Assembly: GCA_030141605.1 (NCBI GenBank)
Contig: JAQGDQ010000430.1
Location: forward strand, 62,001 to 126,000
DNA from: Tubiluchus corallicola
Lineage: Eukaryota > Animalia > Priapulida
Reading direction: 5' to 3'
DNA length: 64,000 nt
Below, one piece after another: positions 1 to 64,000 of the stretch (its first letter is position 1; each line of letters begins with the position of its first letter). The position numbers and the translations under genes are program-made. The notes under the pieces are model-generated. The model did not search any database. It saw only the letters and a list, made by a program, of their open reading frames with translations, and was not told the origin of the DNA.

Positions 1-3759
<3,759 letters not shown>

Positions 3760-5264
3760 TAATGGTTTGTGTTGATCACAAGACAGTGTACGCTGCCTTT
3801 CATTAAGAGAACTATTTTATAAGAAATTGGCTTTTTATTATGAATTATGATGACACTTCAGATTATCAACTAAACGAATAGCAAATGTTCGCTCTTACTG
3901 CTGTTTTTTCTTACTTTAGCACAGTTAATGTCCACTATGCCACTTCACATTGTAAATGTTACTATGCTTAAGTTACCCCAGATAGGTGTATTACTGCTAG
4001 TACTACATGTGAACGATTGTAGACCTACGTATGTCAGCGATACTGTTGAAAATATAAATGTGTAAAAAGTTGTAAAAAATTAATTATGAGTAATGTGTAA
4101 TTATGTGTATGTGTAATTAAAATCTGGAAAATGTGTTTCGTCTTTGTTTCCTTGTTTGATCTCTATCACTGTTGTTGGTGCAAAATAAAATGTGAATGAA
4201 CGGGGGGAGCAGATTAGTTTACCCTTATTAACACATTTTATGGGTAATTAGGGACCCACATGGCAATTTTCACCGGTTTGAAAAGGAGTGAAACAGACCT
4301 ATTATGGCGTCTATTAAGCACAACAAGCTTTGTGTCAAACTATAAAAGACCTACTGTTGTCTTGAAAACGAAAGTGGAATTAAACAATTAGGACTACAAT
4401 AGCAGCAATAATCTGATGTGGGAAGTATGATGATGTCTGTGAAAGTTAATCTGTTTCCTATGCCATGAACTTATTGCAATGCAGTCATTACAAGTATAAG
4501 GAAATTGGTGCTAACTTCAGTGAAACGCAATCATGGTTTTCGTTCAACTGTAGCTCTCCAAGATTGACAGCCATTAAAAAGAAATCCTACGAGCATTTTA
4601 CGTATAAATAATTATAAAAAGGACTTTATATAATTTCGACTTGAGCAAAAGGCCCTCTATGAGCAAAAGTTTATTGGGGTGGCTGCAAACTAGACTCGAC
4701 TAAACTGACAACAATGAATCTGTTCTCTAATTGTAGCTGGTGTACTATATTCAAAGTCATAAACTTATAAGTAAAGTGTGTGGAAATTTGTGAAGATAAC
4801 ACCACAAGAGATAAAGATACTTTCGTTGTGTCACAAGCATCCAGTTTTTTCTCATGGTCTTAGATAAGAAATCAACAACAACATTTGAATTTGTTTTACA
4901 TAATTGTATGCATTGCTTGATGTTTGATATCGTTTGTAATACGTGGATTAATTTTATATTGAAATGTTTGTAATTGATGTCACTTGTATTGGTATTTTAT
5001 TTTTGACACTATTACAATCAGCACTTTTTAATTGGTTATACATAAATATTTTACTTGTATATATGATACTTGTGTATGTATAACAATGACAATAAAGAAT
5101 TTTATCTATTGTGTAATAGTATCTATCTATCTATATGTGTATAAAAGTTGGTTGAATTTGAAGTTGAATTTATGTAGACATGTTACTTAACTAACATCCC
5201 ATTACCTGTTTTACTAAAATCCTGCTGACTTTGTAAGCTGTATATTTTACGCGAAATAAACTCA

Positions 5265-5276
5265 TAATAATAATGA

Positions 5277-5319
<43 letters not shown>

Positions 5320-5378
5320 AACAACAACAACAGCAACAACAACAACAACAACAACAATAATAATAATAATGATAATAT
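5265..5378. repeat. (TAA)n/(CAA)n microsatellite
   Basis: Directly visible. Confidence 0.9.
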
Positions 5379-5829
5379 ATACACATAGATAGATAGATAC
5401 TTCTGTAAGATCTGTACTGAGATACTTCCTACATACTTCTGTACTTTTCCTATATAAATAACGCAAGTCAATGTACAAGGAAAAGACTGATCAGGAAGAG
5501 AAGAGACGATCTCACGCATGACGGAATCAACCCACGATTGTTAAAGATTGAAACCAAACTTCTCCGAAAGAAAAGTCGAGACAGAGCTTGGTTTTGAACC
5601 AGGAGCTTTTTACTGAGTCATAAAGGTTAAATTCGAACCTTTCGTAATCGCTGGATCGGTGCCTTCTAGTATTGATGGCGTTTGCCTCCTAAACAAAAAT
5701 TCCTGGTTCAAATTCGGCTCTTTCGCTGCGACTTGCAAGCAGTTTAACTTTACTTTGTATATATTAATATATTTGTCATATATGATATATATATATATAT
5801 ATATATACATATATATGACTTTATATATA

Positions 5830-5943
5830 TAATCATGACTGAGTAATTTATAATAGCACAAAGGCATATGTCAATCCTTTATAAAGGATTGACATACGCC
5901 TTGTGCTCTCAAACTGCTATTATAAATTACTCAGTCATGATTA
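5830..5943. repeat. near-perfect ~114-bp palindrome
   Basis: TAATCATGACTGAGTAATTTATAATAGCA...CCTTTATAAAGG (centre)...TGCTATTATAAATTACTCAGTCATGATTA. Confidence 0.88.
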
Positions 5944-6387
5944 CCTTGCCAGTACCACGACACTGCAAGACGGTTTAATCAATGTTTATTTTTAACACCG
6001 TCCACATCAAACCAATACTAGATGAATAACCATTTTAGAGCACCTATATTACCAAGTACTAAACAGAGTAAGATAGACACATTTCCAAATACGTAAGTAC
6101 AGCAAGATGATCGTGTCCTGTTATTCACAACAGGAAGGATATGGAGGAGTGTAGTTCATATAAAAAGAATGTGCTAATAACTTACTTGACTGTGCAGAAG
6201 TCTTATGATTTACCTTTGTCTTCGATACTTCTACCTATTTAAGTTCTAACTGGTGTAATAGTTACCAATTTTTAAAATATTTTGACGGAAAAACAAACTC
6301 TAGTGAACTGACTAGAAATTTGTAAGACATTTGTGTCTAAATAGAACCTGCTTTTGTTCTAATAGCGTTGTGGACATTCTGCTCATT

Positions 6388-19236
<12,849 letters not shown>

Positions 19237-19452
19237 CAGCGTCTATCTTAATTCCAATACCATAGTCATATTTAATCATCTTGAACGAATAATAACGTGT
19301 TATAATGGTGTTTTATTCTGTTAAGAGATGGCGCTAAACAGTCAGTATTGAGTGAAAACTATAACGGCAGCTTCAAAAGTTTCCCTGTCTAAACACAGAT
19401 TTATTTTAGAATTCTGCCTGCCCAATGTCTGTAATAGACGCGATGGTCGTTT

Positions 19453-19516
19453 GATGATGATGATGACGACGACGATGATGATGATGATGACGACGACGAT
19501 GATGATGATGATGATG
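19453..19516. repeat. (GAT/GAC)n microsatellite
   Basis: Directly visible. Confidence 0.9.
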
Positions 19517-21532
19517 GTAAATGCTGGCTTATTAATGTTTTCTTTAAAAAAGTTATAATTTTTGTGACAATGAATTTTCAAAAATTATAAGTTATGATTG
19601 CAGCCCACATGCACCTTTTTTTGAACAAATATCCACGGACCACACTAATGCTACATTATAAAGACGTTCAAGCTACTAATCTGTTTAATTGTGCTTTGTA
19701 TTTTTGAGAATTTTATAGCAAAAAAACAAGATAACAAGAAGTAACTATAGAACAAGTTTTATTGTGTAAACTATATTATGCAAACAGCTTTTTCAGCATA
19801 ATAGTATCATAAATTTTTGGAAATTTAATATCTTGCCTGTCTTAGCAAATGAACAAACTTAATATTTGAATTGCGCTTACCAATTTCTATGTTTTTGTTT
19901 TAAGCTACATTTAAAGTATTGAGTATTTAGGCTTCTAAGTCTTGAAATGGAATTTGCACTGTATGTCTAAAATGTATTTTACATTACGACCTGCATGTAG
20001 GGCCTACATAGTACGTATACATTCATTAACTACCAAAGGTAATTGTTTCTTGATAGTCAAATGTAAATAAATAATTTATCTATAGAATCTCTATAGTTAT
20101 ATACAGGAATATAATATAATATAATACATATAATATTATAAAGAAGTGGTATAATAGACTACATTTTAATATTTTACGTCAGTGAATCAATATCGCAGAT
20201 TTTATACTAAAACAGAAATTGGCTATTATAAGTTATTTTTCCGACACATTTACATTTTAAACAACAAAAAATTACACGAAACTTCTTTTATTTATTTTAC
20301 ACACTCAACCGACTTAGACAACGTTCAGCATATGAATTTCACAACAAACACAAAAAAAACATGATCGACTAGCAGCTTCGTAACACTCATTACAGCCTTT
20401 GGTGTTTTTTCGTTTTAAAAAACCAATTTAATAATTACACATATTTCATCATGTTTGGATACTCAGTTCAGTCAAAATAGAATAAGTGCAAACTCCGTAC
20501 AATTAATAGAATCCTTAAATTTAAATTCGTGTTGAAATCATATTAGGTCTATAGTGGAAAAATTTGAACATGATTTAAAATTAAGCTGTAAATGCAAAGC
20601 GTGATACATTCATGGCAGACAACGTGTACAATTCAATTAACCTTTTACTGCCTGACGTAAGGCCTAACAGGCCTACTTGACAAGACAGGTCTATTGTCTG
20701 TTTTAACTAGGAATTCAATATATGTGCCTATAAGTTAATAAACGCGTACCATTTAAATGCGCATTTATACAGAAACTATACTAACAAAAAACGATCTCTA
20801 CTTACGTATAGTCTTAATGGAATGCAACGTATGGAAATGAAGCTGCTTTAAACAGCAAGACGACTGTCTGAACAAGAACGGGCCATCCAACTATTACTCA
20901 AAAACTTGAAACTTTTTGTCTGTTGGCAGTTGCCTATAGAAAACTGGAATCACTGTCTCTAGTAATCTACAATTTTAACATAAAACTTGGCAGTAATAGA
21001 GGTCCGGGATCGTAAAATTATACGTCCTTGAAAAAGCGTTCATCTAAAACAACGCGTTCGGTTTTTGCTAGTTAACTTTGTAGAGACAATACCTCTCTCT
21101 TATGACGACACTGATATCCTAATTCCGTAATTGCAGGTAAACTTTAATTCCAGTAAAGTAGAAAATCTGAAATGCGCTTAATTTCTTATTAATCCCTTAT
21201 ATTTTTCAAGGTATCATTTTTTACTGCCTAATACATTTGCTTTTTGCACTGCTGCTTCTGCCACGCGAAATTATTAATAATTTTTTTGTGGGCGTAGCTG
21301 CTTTGAAAGCGGAGCTCTCCGTAAGCATTTCCCGCTTCTCCAAATTTTATGCGTTGGCTTTTCCAGCTGATCTGCTTGTAAATTTGGCGCATACTACGTG
21401 CGACATTTTTACACTACACATTACATTAGGCTAACAATAATAATCTCAAGTATTCAAAATCTGGCACGTGACCCAGGTAACTATGGTAACAACATGCTAA
21501 CAAGGATTACAAAATCGAGGACTGACTGAGTG

Positions 21533-59666
<38,134 letters not shown>

Positions 59667-60339
59667 CTGGAAAAAAAACAAAAAATAATCTGATTCGTTT
59701 GTCATAATATATAAATGTATACAGTTTGGAGAAATGTTCCATAAACTTTCCTATAAATATATTCTGAAACGAAATTTGAAAAGTTACAAAACCAAATTAA
59801 TTAAATTTTGATCATAAACTTTTTGACAAGAAAGTGAAAAGGTTCGAAGGCAGCTTGGATTTGAACCAGTTACCTTCTGCTTACATTGACGTCTTAGACC
59901 ACCAAGCCACTGTTCATCTATTATAGATGGCCTATCAATTTCAGCATTTCCAATACTCACACTAAATCGATTTTAACAACTTAAATTATTTATTGATTTT
60001 CATAAATTTTTATAATCTTAATATCAATACTAATAAATGCTACTAATTTCCTGAAATTTACATAGTAAAGCGGTAACTCCACATTCATTCAATGACGAAG
60101 AATTACGAGCGTTTTTTCCAGTAGCTAAACTGTTAACAACATCCTCTTTCTATAAATGCATCACAAAAAACACCGTGGAAGATTTAATTAAATTTACTAG
60201 TCGGAGAGATCAAAGCGGTAGCAGGAAAAACTTATGACCTTGAATAAAGCAGGTCATCGGGTCAAAATCACAACATTGTAAAGACGCCATTTAGTGGCTG
60301 AATTAGGAAAACAACTAATAACGACCTATTCCAAGAGTT

Positions 60340-60718
60340 AGTTTAAACATAATTTATTATAGGATTGGATCAGACAGTTTGAACAACATGAATCCTCACA
60401 ACAACAGACTTTATACACTATTTACAAAAACATTTACAGTACGAATAGACTATAACTACACAAGCTGACAAGTTTTACTACAAGAATACATTAGACATTA
60501 GTAGAAAATGACGGTTAGAAAATATTAATGTACGGATATTTAAGACTGATGCATTTCATATCAGATAGAAACTACTGGAAGCGTTTAGTACGTAATATAA
60601 AGTCATGTATACATTGGAATATTTTACACTTAGCAACATAGTTAAAATTCATCTTTTCCGAATAATAACAACTTCAACAGATCATTAGTTCCTAAGGCAG
60701 CTATATTAAGGTTTCAGG
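60340..60718 (-). mobile_element. second 5'-truncated copy of the same LINE, opposite orientation
   Basis: Reverse complement of ~53800-54174; 14-bp TSD CTATTCCAAGAGTT (60326-60339 and 60719-60732). Confidence 0.87.
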
Positions 60719-61274
60719 CTATTCCAAGAGTTCACAAACGTCTATACATCGACACTAAATTAATATTTTTATAATGCAGTCAGTGCTGTCAAACTACGGC
60801 GTCTTACTCGGCCTACAAGACCGGCAACAATACCCGATCGCATCCGTGGCTGCGTTTAAGATCATTAAAATTAAATATTAAAACAAAAACCAAGTTTCTA
60901 AATGCCTGGCAACTTTATAATCGTTTTTCATGGATTGGATTTATATGGAAACATAGTGGTCCATACGGTGTTTCAGCCAAGTAAAAACAGCTCCACGTAC
61001 AGCGACATGCCTTCACTATGCAGCTGTTATAGTTTATGAAATAGCATGCATAGATAGTACACAAACTCATTCATAATTTACATGCCAAAGATACCAACTA
61101 AACGTGATGAATTGAAATGGGCGGTAAAAACCCGATTGTGGAGGAGGTCACAGAAGAGGCGTCGGTGAAGAAAGGTCAGGAGGGTCAGACTTCCACCCAA
61201 CGTGAAGTTATTTAATGTATGTATAAGCAAAGTCTAAACAGTCAAAACACACAAACTGTGATGATTAGATAAAA

Positions 61275-61342
<68 letters not shown>

Positions 61343-61422
61343 CTCTCTCCCGTCCATCTCTCTTTCTCTCTCTCTCTCCCCTCCATTTCTCTCTCCTTCT
61401 CTCTCTCCCGTCCATCTCTCTT

Positions 61423-61517
<95 letters not shown>

Positions 61518-61580
61518 TTCTTTCTCTCTCTTTCTTTCTCTCTCTCTCTCCCCCTCCATCTCTCTCTGTCTCTCTCTTCT
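61275..61580. repeat. (CT)n microsatellite
   Basis: Directly visible; explains the ERER ORFs. Confidence 0.95.
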
Positions 61581-63634
61581 TCAAAATCGACTTGTACGTA
61601 TAAATTGTTCTCTAAGTGGCCTGTGTTCAACCAGACAATTTGAACGTCTGCAAACTGTAATTTTCGTCTTCTATGCACAAAGATTACTCAATTCTGATAA
61701 TGAAGCACAAATTAGTTACGCGTGGCTAGGCTGTAAACGACCACAAGCTAGTAATTAGATTTAATTGCATAATTGCCATTAAATGCATAGTTATTTAGAC
61801 AAGCTGTTCCACACTTCACTACTGTACCAGCACGTTTTTATTAAAATAACTACTATGGTAATCTGTCATGATTTAATTTTTAAAAGTAGTGACGCAAACA
61901 GAATATCGTAACCCATTCATTCATTCACTTATCCATCCACTTACTTGTTCATTTGTTCACTCACTTATTTATTCGTTCATTTATTCATCCATTCAGCATT
62001 TTGCGTTCGTTTAACTATTGATTCAGTGTATTCATACATACATATTCAAACGTACTTCCATTTATTCATTCATTCGTTCGTTCGTTTATTCATTCATTCA
62101 TTCATTCATTCATTCATTCACTCATTCATTCATTCATTCACTTAGTCCTACAGCTGCTTTTATTTCAAAACGATGGTATCACATGATTTGCATAGTACAC
62201 AGTTTAGCTGAGCATTATAAAATCAAATCTGCTTTTAGCAGCTTTTGCAAATCAAAAAACGCTATCTTGAGTCAGAATAGTTTAATCGTCATCATCATCA
62301 TCATCGCGCCATGCTCTGACACACAGAGAGCACACGAGCGATTATGGAGGGCATTTATAAGATATATTTGTGTTATAATCCCGGCTGATAAGCAGACACA
62401 GAAAGAGAGATTAGTAGATGGCAGATGCGTGGAATGAATGCTGCTGTGACTCATACAAAATGTTTGTAACGCAGGGCTGCAAAGTGAACGCGAAGTCAAG
62501 GAGTGTAGAGTGATAGTTACAACCACATTGTTCACGTCATTAAAATTTCATTTATCTACAATGATGCAACGGCAGAGCAAGAAACAGGTGTTACTGCTTG
62601 ATTAAGTAAAGTAAAATACCGTGCTTTTTATTTCCCGGTTTTTATGTCATCCGAGTTTTCAACCAAAACAGCTCTCAGGATTTAAAGCAGGACAATCATA
62701 TTATATTCATTTCAAGTAACAATGAAAAATTACAAAAAATGGAAAAGGAAAACGGGTTACTGTTTATTAAATAATCGTGAGTTGGGTTAATATAATTCAA
62801 AACAGACTTGTGTATAATTAGTAAGTTAAAATACTAGTACAAGTTCTATTTCTGTGTGTTTTCACAAACAAAATTATATGATATAAACAGTCTTTTGATA
62901 TCGTGAATTTTTTAGCGAAAATAAAAATTATTCGTTGACCGTGAAAACGAGTGCTGTTTGGTTTAAACATACTCTGAACGAAATAAACTACGTTTAAGCT
63001 AAACAGTAGTCTTTTTCGACGTCGATGAATAATTTTTATTTTCACGAATTTGTTCAGTTTAGAAGTCTAAAAGTGTTACAGTAAACTAGGACAATCTCGG
63101 GAAACAAGATTTCTGGATGCGCCAGTACAGGTACCCCAGAGAGATGTAATCTAAGTTAATCTATCAGAAGTAGATTAGCTTCAGTATTATACAAATCGGG
63201 AAACTTGCAACGTTTCACACACATAAACAATCGAGGTAAAAGACAGCGGGCGGAAAACGCATCGTATAGAACATCGGCGGCAACATCAAAGGCTTTGATT
63301 ACATTTCTATTGTGGACACCTGTAAAAGAAACAAATAGGACGACGAGGACAGATCTAAGACGGGTTCGATACACCGAGCAAGGAAAGCAAAGAATTATGT
63401 GAAACCTTAATCCACGTACTTTGGCGCACATGTACGGCACACTTTACCTAAATTATTATTTTTGACAAAATTTTATTACATTTAGTTGCGGCTTGTGAAG
63501 AAATTCAATCATTCATTTTGCCTCTTATTTAAAGAGTGCTTTGTAATCCTTTGCTAGACGTTCGAGTTTTCCTAACAACAAGGACAGCAACACTGACTGA
63601 TGTTGTTTTCATCATCATTGGCGACACCAATACA

Positions 63635-63970
63635 ACCACCATCACCAGCACCCCCACCGCTACCACTCCCACACTACTACTACTACCACCATTGCCCCAC
63701 CAACATCACCACCACCACCACCACCAAAACTACCAACACCACCACCACCACCACCACCACTACCACCATCACCACCACCACCGCTGCCGCCGCCACTGCC
63801 ACTGCCACCACCAACACCACCACGACCATCACCACCTCCACCACCACCATCGACACCACCACCACCACCGCCGCCGCCACCACTACCACCACCACCACCG
63901 CTGCCGCCGCCACTGCCACCACCAACACCACACTTCACCACCACTACCACCCACAACAACCACCATCACA
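63635..63970. repeat. (CAC)n-rich microsatellite
   Basis: Directly visible; explains the poly-His/Gly/Val ORFs. Confidence 0.92.
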
Positions 63971-64000
63971 GGTAGCAACGAAACAGTTACATTTTAGCTG

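Noticed and set aside
59850-59912. tRNA gene (B-box-like GGATTTGAACC; similar at ~29918 and ~32153)
   Set aside because: No complete cloverleaf; at most decayed tRNA-derived SINE heads.

Overview
This is AT-rich, microsatellite-dense, intron-containing DNA from a eukaryote, most likely an invertebrate animal. It is not prokaryotic, so most ORF-track entries are artefacts of simple repeats. I rebuilt three spliced genes by hand from GT-AG boundaries with consistent phases. (1) The 3' exons of an M14B carboxypeptidase (CPM/CPD-like, + strand, 1-3759), with candidate alternative C-termini: GPI signal, membrane anchor plus basic tail, or secreted basic tail. (2) An intact ~470-aa papain-family (C1A) gene with an I29 propeptide (+ strand, ~6388-19236). 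All three catalytic-triad positions are replaced (Cys->Ser, His->Ala, Asn->Thr), and its basic N-terminal exon is tandemly duplicated. This pseudo-protease is the most unusual object in the window. (3) Most of a LIM-homeobox Lhx1/5 (Lim1) gene (- strand, 21533-59666; the LIM1 exon lies outside the window), with a 20.5-kb intron inside the homeobox. Non-coding structure includes a hAT MITE with an 8-bp TSD, TTAA-bounded MITEs, and two oppositely oriented LINE 3' ends flanking the LIM2 exon. There is also a 40-bp minisatellite with higher-order structure and several foldback inversions next to microsatellites. All family assignments come from remembered motifs; no database searches were run.
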